Under the pieces are notes generated by a model. That model did no database searches, was not told where the DNA came from, and saw only the letters and a program-made list of their open reading frames with translations. The position numbers were made by a program, and so were the translations under genes. A DNA stretch of 63,868 bases, counting the filler, from Rhabdomonas costata (lineage: Eukaryota): the NCBI GenBank assembly GCA_019059605.1. It is 55 parts of 55 records of this genome, joined end to end, with 100 filler letters (N's around TTAATTAATTAA, not from the genome) between each part and the next. Parts side by side here need not be neighbours in the genome. Positions count along the whole stretch, not along the records: positions 11,642 to 12,704 come from JAHMHO010030589.1; positions 12,805 to 13,867 come from JAHMHO010030590.1; positions 13,968 to 15,030 come from JAHMHO010030591.1; positions 15,131 to 16,194 come from JAHMHO010030592.1; positions 16,295 to 17,357 come from JAHMHO010030593.1; positions 17,458 to 18,520 come from JAHMHO010030594.1; positions 18,621 to 19,683 come from JAHMHO010030595.1; positions 19,784 to 20,846 come from JAHMHO010030596.1; 47 more parts are not named here. One strand, given 5' to 3'. Below are positions 12,604 through 23,874 of this stretch, piece after piece; the stretch's first letter is position 1; each line of letters starts with the position of its first letter.

Positions 12604-14264
12604 GTTCCTCTTCACACAACACCTACTTGCTCTTATACATTCGATGATGCGCTCTAGTCTTCCCAAAAACAAAACAACAATCCACGGACTCGTACACACC
12701 AACCNNNNNNNNNNNNNNNNNNNNNNNNNNNNNNNNNNNNNNNNNNNNTTAATTAATTAANNNNNNNNNNNNNNNNNNNNNNNNNNNNNNNNNNNNNNNN
12801 NNNNTGGGGGGGGCTCTCCCAGTCCCAGAAATCCCTACTACTTCACCAGCTCAGGCAGAAACCTCACGTCCCTCTTCAGCACAGCTTTGTCTCCCGGCTG
12901 CAGGAGGAGTTCAAGGCTGCGCTGAAGAGGGACGTGAGGTTTCTGCCTGAGCTGGTGAAGTAGTAGGGATTTCTGGGACTGGGAGAGCCCCCTCCTCCAA
13001 CCAAACAGGCCTTTGGGGGGGGGTACCTCGCCCTTCATCCGTGGGTCGCACCCTTCGCATTATTACTCATTCACACGAGCACATGCGCGCACCCCTGGTC
13101 CACTTCACTGTATCTTACGGTTACTTTTCATGGAACAGCCTGTTTGCCTGGCTTCCTCTGCAGAACGCGGGTTCACGGGTTGTGGAATTTTCATCGGTCT
13201 TTAAGAAGGCTCACGGGTGGTTTCAGGTGTGAACCAAAATGGCTCGTGGCGTTATCCATCGATGTCGGGTTGGAGGTTTGTTCTGGGTTGGCGCCCACGG
13301 TGTTTCCGCATCGACTCCAAGGAAGTGGGGGAGACTTGGGGGATGACTTTTTGGAGCTACTTTTCATGTCGCTTCACTAAGCTGTCATTAATTGAGATTT
13401 CGTTCGGAACTTTTGTTTTCTCCCCGCGAGCACCTTGGGAAGGATCCTGACTCGGGGTCCCCGCAGCTGGGTGCAGCGCACCGGTTGGGGTCGTGGAGGC
13501 GCCCGAGCGTTCGCCATTAATCCCAGGGGTGGGGGGCGGCACCAAACAAAAGGTTAAAGTGAACATTGTGCTGCAAATAGGGTCGTAACCATGTCTCGCA
13601 CGAAACGTGGTTGCGGCAAACGGTCACAGGAATATATTCTTATCCTGACCTGTTTTCCCATGACCACTGGCCTGACTGGTGGCTTTTCTGCTTGCCCGGC
13701 TGATCCACTGCTAATTTTGGCATGATATGGCCCATTCTTAGAATTCGGCCTCGGCGCCTGATTTGTTTTTTGTTCTTCAGTCTTTTTCTTTCACTGGTGT
13801 GCTTGTGTTTGCGTTTGCCGTGCTGTACTCACCCTAACCCTCCCACCCCACCCAAACACACCCACACNNNNNNNNNNNNNNNNNNNNNNNNNNNNNNNNN
13901 NNNNNNNNNNNTTAATTAATTAANNNNNNNNNNNNNNNNNNNNNNNNNNNNNNNNNNNNNNNNNNNNGACTCCCAGTTCCTAGGCAAGTCACATGGCCAT
14001 CAGAAAACGTAGAATACGCAGCCACATGCACGACAACTGCAACCCAGCAAGGCCAACCGATCCACATTGCATGACTCTCCACATTCAGCGACGTACACCT
14101 CTCGCGGACAGAGGTGAGCATGCCACGTGAAACAACCACACCCGCACCGTACACCTGAATTTACACCCCACATACAGTGACAGGAAAACACTCAGGCAAG
14201 CACTGTATACAATCCAATCGACGAAGGTACGGAATGCTCGATGAAATGCTAGCCCTATCCGTGC

Positions 14265-14577
14265 TCACAGGGGGCCGCCAGCTTGCTCCTCCGAGCCGCC
14301 CGAGGCCAGCAGCCGAGAGGAGTCAGGGGTGGGCTCCTCCCCAAGAGAGTTCCCTGAGGACGATCGAGTCATGGTCACGACCTTCACGGGGCCTGTGGAT
14401 GAGACAGTCACTGCCGCGGGGGAAGCCTTGCCAGAGCCAGAGCTGAGCTTTCGCCGCATAAGGGATTCTCGGAGCTCAGCGAGGGGGGAGGCGGCCAGCT
14501 GGGCGTGCACCCGCTCGGCCTCTACCAGGGTGCTGTCGACGTTCAGGGTGCGCTTCCACTCCGCGAGGTTGTACACC
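14265..14577 (-). CDS. Probable terminal exon, unknown protein
   Basis: TTTAG acceptor, GC-rich 103-aa frame (VYNLAEWKRTLNVDSTLVEAERVHAQL...) to stop. Confidence 0.55.
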
Positions 14578-15347
14578 CTAAATCAAAATGGTGATGGCGA
14601 ATGATAGATGTCAAATGTCTAAGGACGAATACTGCACACTGGGAGTCAAATGATGAAAAATGAAGAATGACAAGGCCCCGTGATCTCAAATGAAAGAGGT
14701 AGGGGGGGGGGGTAGACACTCCCCGCAGACCCCAAAGAGACACTTACACCCCAGGGCAAAACACGTTTTTTCACCAAACCTTTTTAGCTTCTCAGTTCGA
14801 AAATGCCTGAGTTAAAAGTGTACTTTTTTCGGTTGTGCCTTTCTGAGATGACGGTGACGCGGACAATATTATAAGCTTCTGTTTGTTAAAAGAGACCATG
14901 GACATTCACAAAAGAAAACTAATTTACCCCCCGTTTTCTTCGCCGTGCTTGTGCTTTAAAGGATTTCATCACGGAAACATGAAACACACCCAATCAGCCG
15001 CAAAGGCGCACCCCCTCCTCCTCCCCCCCCNNNNNNNNNNNNNNNNNNNNNNNNNNNNNNNNNNNNNNNNNNNNTTAATTAATTAANNNNNNNNNNNNNN
15101 NNNNNNNNNNNNNNNNNNNNNNNNNNNNNNTTTTTGTGCTCCTTTCTACACCATTCCACCTGCTTTTTTGTACATAGTGCACTTTTGGGACTCGCCCTTC
15201 TTGGTTGGTTTATAAAATGGATTGCATGGAGCGAGGTTCGAGAGGAGAGTTTTGTCCGAGTTTGTTTTCAGCAGGATTCGAAGGAGAACGACGGCAGGCC
15301 AGCGAGACGAAGGCCATCAAAAACAAGGCCACTGACAGTCAAGGAGA

Positions 15348-15368
15348 TCAAGCAAGCAAGCAAGCAAG

Positions 15369-15401
<33 letters not shown>
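15348..15401. repeat. Microsatellite (CAAG)n(AG)n
   Basis: Directly visible. Confidence 0.95.
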
Positions 15402-15405
<4 letters not shown>

Positions 15406-17643
15406 CGAGCGCCAGAGAGGAGGTGCCCTTCCTTCTTTCTTATGTTACGGAAGTGCAGAAGGATTGGGTGGCTGTGTTTGAGCTCTTTTTGGGTCGATCT
15501 GTGTGGACGTTTGGGGTGGGATTTGGTTGGTTGTGCCGCCGCTTCCTTCGCTCACCTCCCTCTGTTGGTCGGTCCACCGGCCACACGGCTCAAACGAAGA
15601 ATGTAAGCTGCCGCAGTTACGGAAGCCTCCAAAATTCTGTTCATCTGATTGTGTTTGAAATACTTGAACTGAGGTGTTTGGACCTTCGTTTGCGGGCGGG
15701 CATGCACTGCTCTTTTTCCTGGTGCTTCCTCTCAATTCCAAAAAGTGGTGCTTGGTTTACTTTGTAAAGGCAAAGAAAAAATAAAGCAAAAGTAGAAAAC
15801 AAAATTCTCCCTGCACATCACACTTGTCTTTCTCAGTCCCAAAAATTTCTTCAAGATGTCCTGCCATTTTCGCGACCACTCCCGTCCTACTCTTGTTTTT
15901 CTGACAGCATTTCTTCTTCAAATTGGGTCGTTGGGACTAACAAAACTTCAAGAACATTTATTATGTTTAGTTAATGGACCCCTTTTGTATTTAGAATGTC
16001 GTCAATGTCTCCCTTCGAATGTTTCCAGTTTACAAGCTCAGGTAAAGGGTTTGGTTTTGGAAGGAAAAGGCCATGAAAGGACAGATGGTTCCCGTTTGTT
16101 TCCTTGAATAGTGAATGGATGCCTCAAGGTGAGCGTTTTGTTTTCTACTTTTGCTTTATTTTTTCTTTGCCTTTACAAAGTAAACCAACCCCCCNNNNNN
16201 NNNNNNNNNNNNNNNNNNNNNNNNNNNNNNNNNNNNNNTTAATTAATTAANNNNNNNNNNNNNNNNNNNNNNNNNNNNNNNNNNNNNNNNNNNNTGGTTT
16301 TGTGAACCGCGGGGTCCAGTTGCCGCGACGGAAAAATGGTTTGCCATGTTCTGGATGGTCGTGTGGTTCAAGAACCAGTCCAAAACCTGCCACAGTCACG
16401 GCGCGTCGTCGCACAACAGCACCGCCTCACAGCATAGAGCTCAGAGAAAATGAAGTGGACACCGGCGTTGCCACACATCACCCTCGTGGCCACATTCTCG
16501 TTCATAATATTCCGATCATAAAAAAAATATATGCTCGCCTTTTAAAACATCGACCACAGCCCCTTTCTGCACAGAACAATTCTCGGGGTGATGACAAAAG
16601 CAAACCTGGGCCACAGCGTCAGCGATCAGCTGGGCCGGATCGTTGGAGGGTTCCTTTCCACCAAGACCTAAAGTTTATGAGCGAATGGCCAGCACTCGGT
16701 CGCTATACTACACAGCCGAAAAAGGGAAATGAGAAACTACGATTCGTCCACCGCGGCACTAAGAAGCATATAGATGGGTGTGCGTGTGGGGTGGGGGGAA
16801 GATGTACTCAGGAAAACGAGCAAACCTGAATACTCGTTGCTAATTCTCCATGGATGAATCGCAGCAGAGATTGAATCGAAAGCCACAAAACAGAGCAGTG
16901 CCCAAAGCAAGCGCATTTTGATTGCCAGAAAGGCACCGCACAGTCTAACAGAGACAAAGCACGTGAAAGGAGCAGCGATATTCTGACGTGCATCAACCTG
17001 ACATTGACATCGTTTCTTTTGTTTCGTTCCTTTTTGCAACGTCTGACATCTAGTCTTTTTTTCAAGGCAGTCGAGGGCTGCTGTTGGATCTGGGGAAAAT
17101 GGAGCTATCTTGGTGGATTCGCGGTTCCAAAACAAAAGTCTCGTAAGTGCAAAAGTGAACAGCGTGTGCAATTTTCAGAACGCCGCACTTGACCGTCAAT
17201 GCCTTAAGTGATAAGTTAATATTGCATCCAGTTTCTGCAACGGGGGAAGGAAATTTCCTTGTGCAGAATCGCGGAATACCAAGGGATACGTTAGAAGCGA
17301 GCGGCGTCATACAAATTCTGCAAATTCAGAAGACTCCCAAAGTCCGACACCCCCCACNNNNNNNNNNNNNNNNNNNNNNNNNNNNNNNNNNNNNNNNNNN
17401 NTTAATTAATTAANNNNNNNNNNNNNNNNNNNNNNNNNNNNNNNNNNNNNNNNNNNNGTGTTGGGTGTGGTTGGGTGGTGGGGGGTTGGGTTTGTCTCTA
17501 GCTTAATAAGATCAATACAAGCATCCGAGGATGCCAAAAAGGGCAGAATGGGACCTGTAACCTCCGTCGTAAACCGGTGTTTCTAAATTGCAGGAACGTC
17601 CACTGGGGCTCACTCCCCGAATCCAAACCCAACCCCCCGCTGC

Positions 17644-18083
17644 CTTGACAAACTCCTCGCTCTCAGTAGCACGCGCAGACAGCACCCCCACCACCACAGG
17701 GGCCATCGCGCCCAGGCCCAGCAGCATCCGGAACTGCAGATCCGGACCGATCCTCAGCCCACACAGCAGCATGGCCACCATATATGGGGCCAGCGCGCCA
17801 AATGCCTGAAAGCAGAACACCAGCCCCGTGCGCTTGGCCCGGGTCCAGACATCCGCAGAGGCGCTGGCGCTCTCCGATGCGTGGGTGGCGGACAAGGGGT
17901 AGCACCCCCCGATGCCCACCCCCAGAAGGAAGCGGAACCCTGCAAGCAGCCCGAGCGCGGTGGGGGCGCTGCCCCAGACCCCGGCCGCGGAGGCCACCGC
18001 GGATAAGGCCATCACGGCGGAGGTCACAGCGAAAGCCCGATTGCGGCCAATCAGGTCCCCCAGGTAGCCCATTCCGCACATCC
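17644..18083 (-). CDS. MFS inorganic phosphate transporter (PHO84/Pht1 family), internal exon
   Basis: GYLGDLIGRNRA (MFS motif A), FRFLLGVGIGGCYPLSATHASE (Pht1 signature GGDYPLSATIxSE-like), RMLLGLGA. Confidence 0.92.
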
Positions 18084-18684
18084 CTGAGAAGGAAGGCACC
18101 GCACAGCAAATCGACAACCAGCATCTGATGAGCAGACACTCCGAATTCATCAAAGATAAGAATCTGGGGCTCTTGTGTCGTGATCACATCCATCCTTCAC
18201 TCACCTTTAGGCGATGGGAAATACGTCCACAATGCGTTCTCGGAGGAAATCGAACGAGCAGCTTGCAGCTTTCCATGAACAGGTTCTCAAAAAAGAAAAG
18301 AGACGAGGGCTATGCCAAAGCAGACCCGGGGTCTTTTACAAAAAACACCCACCTCTCACCTCACGCCAAACGGGAGCCAGGCAAATGGTTGGAGGCCGCC
18401 TCAAAAAGGTTTTTGTGGAAAAGCCAATAAGCCTAGGCAGAAGTATGCGCTCACATGCCAAAAATCGATCCCCCATACACCGCGCTCTTCAGGATGGCGT
18501 CCACGTTGCCCCCCCACAACNNNNNNNNNNNNNNNNNNNNNNNNNNNNNNNNNNNNNNNNNNNNTTAATTAATTAANNNNNNNNNNNNNNNNNNNNNNNN
18601 NNNNNNNNNNNNNNNNNNNNTGTGGGTGGTCCCAAACCGGAAAGAGGGCAAGAAGTACACAGTTCTCACCCGGAAACAACTTAC

Positions 18685-19181
18685 CCCTGCACACAACCCA
18701 AGCCGGCCAGGGACCACCCACCACACCGCCCAGAGTGACGCCAAGCCGTTTATTTTTACGCCTGCTCTTCAGCGTTGCCCTCAATCCCGCAACTATTCGC
18801 CCCGACCGAAAACCTCAGCCAGGTTGGAAGAAGTGGGGGCAGGCCTTTTCAAATTCCCTGCATGCATCAGGGCATACTTCCACTTCGCTGTGCTCTGCGA
18901 CAGGCCCTGCTCCAGCCACACCAACTGCTGCGAGCCAGCCTCGTAATAGTGGTACTGCGAGGATAAAGAGAAAAACAAAGAACAAAACCAGGCACACACA
19001 CAAAAACAACCCGGAAAAACTCCAAACATTGCAATTGAAGATCTGCAAAGCACGACGGCTTCTGCTGTCAACCCATTCCAAAATCCAAAAATTATACCTG
19101 GTCAATGATGAAGACCAGCACATCCGGGCCATAGGAGAAGCTCCAGTAGAATGACGTGGGATCGACGTGGGGGTAGGGAAA
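18685..19181 (-). CDS. Purple acid phosphatase / calcineurin-like metallophosphoesterase, partial
   Basis: Exon 19181-19098 FPYPHVDPTSFYWSFSYGPDVLVFIIDQ splices GT-AG to an exon from 18954 YHYYEAGSQQLVWLEQGLSQSTAKWKYALMHA; a probable short exon GWSLAGLGCVQG ends at a GTAAGT donor. Confidence 0.85.
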
Positions 19182-20959
19182 CTTTTGACGGAAGAACGTC
19201 GCGTTATAGTTGTAACATGCATTTTTGAGAGAGGCCTCGTGGTTCCCTGAATGACGTCACACACACACACACACACGACCAGCAAACATGCCCAGCACTT
19301 GGGAGAAACAGGCAGTTTAGATGTTTGCGAGAAGGTTGGGCGGTTGCATGCCGCAGTTGGTCTACGGGTTCAAGTTATGCCAGGTTGGGGGCTGGATATT
19401 GCAGCTTGGTTGGCTACCGGTTGGGATAGTTTGCTGATGAGCTCATCTTGGCGTGCTTAACAAGAATTCATGCCAGCTGGCACAACCAGCAGCGCCCCAA
19501 CTGTGCCAACAGCAGATCCTACTTGACAAGCTGTGACAGTTGCGTGCCGCTGTGGAGCTTGGGTTCGGCTGCTTCTGTTCTGTTCTTTTAGTATCCAAAC
19601 ACAAAACTTTCAGAGTCGTACAAAACCGTTTAACAACGGTAAATGGTCTAACCACCTTACACCGTTTAACGCCACCCAACCACNNNNNNNNNNNNNNNNN
19701 NNNNNNNNNNNNNNNNNNNNNNNNNNNTTAATTAATTAANNNNNNNNNNNNNNNNNNNNNNNNNNNNNNNNNNNNNNNNNNNNCTTTCGCACCTGTCGCA
19801 GGCCGCCGAAGATGGTGGGGTGAACCCCTTGGCAAGGCTGTGGGGAGCCGTGCCGCAGACCCCTGTGACCCCGCCCACGGAGCACACCTCCTCCATGGCC
19901 TCCCATGCGACTGCCCGTACGTCGATAGTGACGGGAACGATGCCCCGCACCTGCCGGAGCTCCAGGGTGTGTGCCCCTTGGAGGGCTGGTTGGCTGCTTG
20001 ATGTCTTATGCACTTATGAGTGTGTGTGTGCGCGCGCGCGCAATAAAAAAAGTCTAATTTTCCGCCGCCCCGAAAAATGCATAAAAGCGTTCACAAACGC
20101 AGAAAGGGGTTAGCTAAGCGAGTAGCTCAGCGGGGAGTGAGAGTCGCCTCGACCGCGAAACTTATAGGTTTTGGGTCTCTCGCTCTTTAATCCAGTTTCT
20201 CTTTTTGAAGAAGTGTTGATCCAGCTAATCGTGTGCAGTCCTTCGAGAAAATTGCTGTCGCGAAGACAAGCCTCAGCATCGCACAGTGCTTTTTAATAAC
20301 GGCGCGGCGCGGTTGCTGAGTTCCTCCACTTTCGCCCGTGGCGCCAGCGGATAATTGTAAGTGGGCAGACCAACGAGCATGTGTTCCGCACACCAGGCAT
20401 TGCACTCCCCAGCTCGTTAATTGAGTCAGCATCCTCGAAGTGACTCTATTTCAGTCTCAAAGGGGGTTATGTTAACGGTGACAGTGCTTTCTAGTTGATT
20501 GCTTATGCTTAATACCTCAAAACGTCTGATGGCAAAGGCCTAGCGTGTGGCTGGGATAGGGGAGAACCAGTAGGACAGCAGTAGTTTAGGGGCGAAAGCC
20601 AGTCCGCGGGAACGGGAACGGGACTTGGAGGCTTTTAAGGACCTCTTGTTTTTAACTATTGTTCACTTGAAAATTGGTACCACTGGTAATTGCTGAGGGT
20701 TGCCATTGGTATCCCCAACCCCCCCCTTACCAAGTGAGCACCTTTTGCAATGCTCTGACTCCAACCGAACAGTATTTCAAGCACGTTAAGGCGAAATCCT
20801 TTTGGTGACGGAACCCTTTTGCGCGCACGTCTCCCTCCCTTAGCATNNNNNNNNNNNNNNNNNNNNNNNNNNNNNNNNNNNNNNNNNNNNTTAATTAATT
20901 AANNNNNNNNNNNNNNNNNNNNNNNNNNNNNNNNNNNNNNNNNNNNTTGTTGTTTGTAG

Positions 20960-21302
20960 GGTGCCGCGCAAGAGGTTTTGTGAAGGCTTGGGCGGTGGAG
21001 CTGTGTATTGCTAGTCTTGCGGTGTTTGTCTAGATCTTTGACTTTCTACGTCGAGTTGATGAATCAAAAGGGGCTTTTGGTGTGTTTTCTGGCTTTTTTA
21101 CCTGACGTGTTGGAGTAGGAGTTTGATGATTGAGTAAAGCAATGTGTTGAATGGTGGTGTGTTTAAAATTTTTCTTTCTTGCATTTGTTTTGGGTGTTGG
21201 TTGTTGGGGTTGAGTTCGAATGGTGCCGCGCAAGAGGTTTTGTGAAGGCTTGGGCGGTGGAGCTGTGTATTGCTAGTCTTGCGGTGTTTGTCTAGATCTT
21301 TG
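20960..21302 (+). repeat. 81-bp perfect direct repeat (20960-21040, 21222-21302)
   Basis: Identical ggtgccgcgcaagagg...ctagatctttg copies; both follow G/T-only tracts, so possibly an amplification chimera. Confidence 0.85.
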
Positions 21303-22145
21303 CCTTGATTCGTACTGTTTGGATGTTGCTGTGCTCACCTTGCTTCTACGCACAAGCCGGGAATAGGGTAAAGCTGTGAAAGACCAAAGGGCACGCTCAC
21401 ACCCCCTGAAGTGCGCTTGTTTGTTAGAAGGGGAGAAGACAAACCACACAACAGGCATCAGGCAGTCGAAAGCACACCCTCCACGCGTAAGGGAAGCCCG
21501 AACGCAGGCAGCTTGCCAAGAGGTTTGTGTTTTGGGGTTGTAGCTTGCGCGCGCTCGCACCCTCGTAGCCCCGCCACCACAGATCCCAGCAGGAGGAGAA
21601 AGCAACACAACCCTCAGGTCGCCGAGGAAAAGCTGGAGTCGCGAAGGACCCCGCCCCGCGCCGCGAAAGGCGGCTGAGTGTATTCAAAGTCAGGTACTTG
21701 TGGTATACCAACGTAAGCCCCGGGAGCGCCCAACGCGAGTCACAGGCGTTCGGGAAGCGGTGAGCCTCAAGACGGGTCCGCAGTCCTGTGAACTCACCGG
21801 GACAGGTAAGTGGCCAGGCATAATATCCAAACCGAAACACTCGATGACGACAACGGGTCCCTGATGGGCCCCTCCCATTCCAACAGACCAGCGCGGCCCC
21901 GCGAAGAAGTTCGCCATCAAAATTGGATGAGGATGATGTCCGTTTGCATTCATCCGGACGGTCATGAAGCCGGGGGCAGTTTCCCCGAAAGGAAAAGCGG
22001 ACCAACCAACNNNNNNNNNNNNNNNNNNNNNNNNNNNNNNNNNNNNNNNNNNNNTTAATTAATTAANNNNNNNNNNNNNNNNNNNNNNNNNNNNNNNNNN
22101 NNNNNNNNNNTGGCAGCGCCGTCCCAGGGGGGTGGGGGCCTCTCC

Positions 22146-22805
22146 ATGCCTGAGGGCCTGGATTCCGGAGATCTGGTGCTGTTCAACCGCAAGTGCACAG
22201 CCATGGGCCCCTTCGGGGCTGCGGTGTGCTTCGCTGCAAAGGCGTGGACCTTCAGCAAGTGGGGTGTGCGCCAGGCTTCTGGCTTTCTATGCATTTTTTT
22301 CGTCCTGTCGATGGTTTTGCTGCTTTTATCTGTGTGATGTAAAGGTGCAGGAGAAACCAAACCTGTTGTTGGTGTGTGTGAACAAACCAGTATTCAGCCT
22401 CGCTCCCTCCGGGGTGGTGATGGCTTGTCCCTTCACAGGACGTTTACATTTCCGTGCCTGTTTGATGTTTATTGGACCCGAGTACTTCCTTCGCATTTTT
22501 GTGCAAATTTATCGCAAGTGCAAGTGAATTAGTTGGGACAGAAAACGCTAAAGCGATGAGGGGTGGCTTCTGTGGTTTTTTTCTGTACTCTCCCCGTCAT
22601 GGTCCCTTCCACAGACCACGTTGGGGTGGTAGTGCGCGACGGCGGAGGGGAGCTGAAGCTGCTCGACGCGGGCTTCAACGGAGTCCGCCTGCTGCCCCTG
22701 CAGGAGCGCCTGGAGCGCTCGAAGAGCGTCGACATCGCGGTGCGCCGGCTGGGCGCCGCGCGCACCCCGCAGCTGCGGCAGAAGCTCCGAGAGTTCGTGC
22801 ATGAG
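22146..22805 (+). CDS. Permuted papain-like NlpC/P60 (YiiX/YebB-like) amidase-family protein, partial
   Basis: Exons to 22263 and 22615-22805 splice GT-AG: LDSGDLVLFNR...FSKW|DHVGVVVRD...LKLLDAGFNGVRLLPLQERL...IAVRRL. Confidence 0.8.
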
Positions 22806-23591
22806 GTGCCATCCACCACTGGACGTTTTGCTTCGCCTTGGTTTTGTATGCTCACCGTGCCACTGCACGGTGGTTGCAAGCCGCACAGTGATTCCAATTT
22901 TTTTTTGTTCCTTTCAATTCTTTTTGCGGATGTGTGTTCCCCTTTTCTCCCTAGGTGGGCACCCATTATGGCTCCACCATGCTTTTTACCGCACAAGACG
23001 GCTGCACCAGGGGTCATGGGCATGTCCGCACCTTGTGGCAGCACGCTCTTCAGCACACTTGCAAGAGTGCACCAAGACGTACAAGAGACTCAACAAATTA
23101 AGCTGCAGATGTGCCTGGTTTAAGAACAGATCCAAGCCTGCGGGTCCGTGACGCTCGGGGGCGGGCAGCGGGTNNNNNNNNNNNNNNNNNNNNNNNNNNN
23201 NNNNNNNNNNNNNNNNNTTAATTAATTAANNNNNNNNNNNNNNNNNNNNNNNNNNNNNNNNNNNNNNNNNNNNTGTTGGGTGGTGGGCCCATAAAAGCAC
23301 TGGTTCACAGCTTACAAAGGGTGGGCCCACCCCTACTGAGGGGGGGGGGCATAATGTCCTAGCCCCTTTCGTTCACACTTTCTTTCTTCAGTGAAAATCA
23401 TATGAAATTCGCTGAAACCCAGTTCCGTTTTTTGTCCGCTGCTTTCCATTTCCGATGCACGCTTGAATCTGCCCGATTTCCTGCTGGAATCCTCTCTGGT
23501 GGCGAATGTGGACATTCCCATATGCTGTTCAGCCGCACACCTACCCACCACCGCAACCACCCCCAAATCCCCGGGGAAAACACACACCCAC

Positions 23592-23874
23592 CTGAAGTGA
23601 AAGCGAACCCCGGTGCGGAAACTGTTCCGGTCAGGCTACTGCAGTCCGAGGCTGAGGCCAGGACTTGCACAGAGTCTCCGGTGTACAACCCCAGGCCGGT
23701 GAAGTTGAGCCAGGCCGGGGTGCCCGCTAGCGGGAAGGAGGGCAGCGTGGTGTAGGCCTGGGGACCTCGCACAGCGAGGGTGCCCAGCGAAACCGCCCCC
23801 CCGCCCGCGCAGGAGTACAGCGAGATGTCCGCTGCTCCGAATTGCTTCGACGCGGTGGGGTACACCAGGGTCAC
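23592..23874 (-). CDS. Exon of a probable large extracellular/surface protein
   Basis: TAG acceptor, GT donor, GC3-biased beta-rich frame (GTPAWLNFTGLGLYTGDSVQVLASASDC). Confidence 0.55.

Noticed and set aside
12809-12991. Inverted duplication of a small exon (EEFKAALKRDVRFLPELVK*) as a natural antisense hairpin
   Set aside because: Starts at the contig end; same fold-back artefact class.
20110-20160. tRNA-like gcgagtagctcagcgggg
   Set aside because: Only an A-box-like start; no T-arm/B-box or acceptor stem.
20520-20640. Possible hammerhead ribozyme (ctgatgg...ggcgaaagcc)
   Set aside because: Core is not CUGANGA and the three stems cannot be built.
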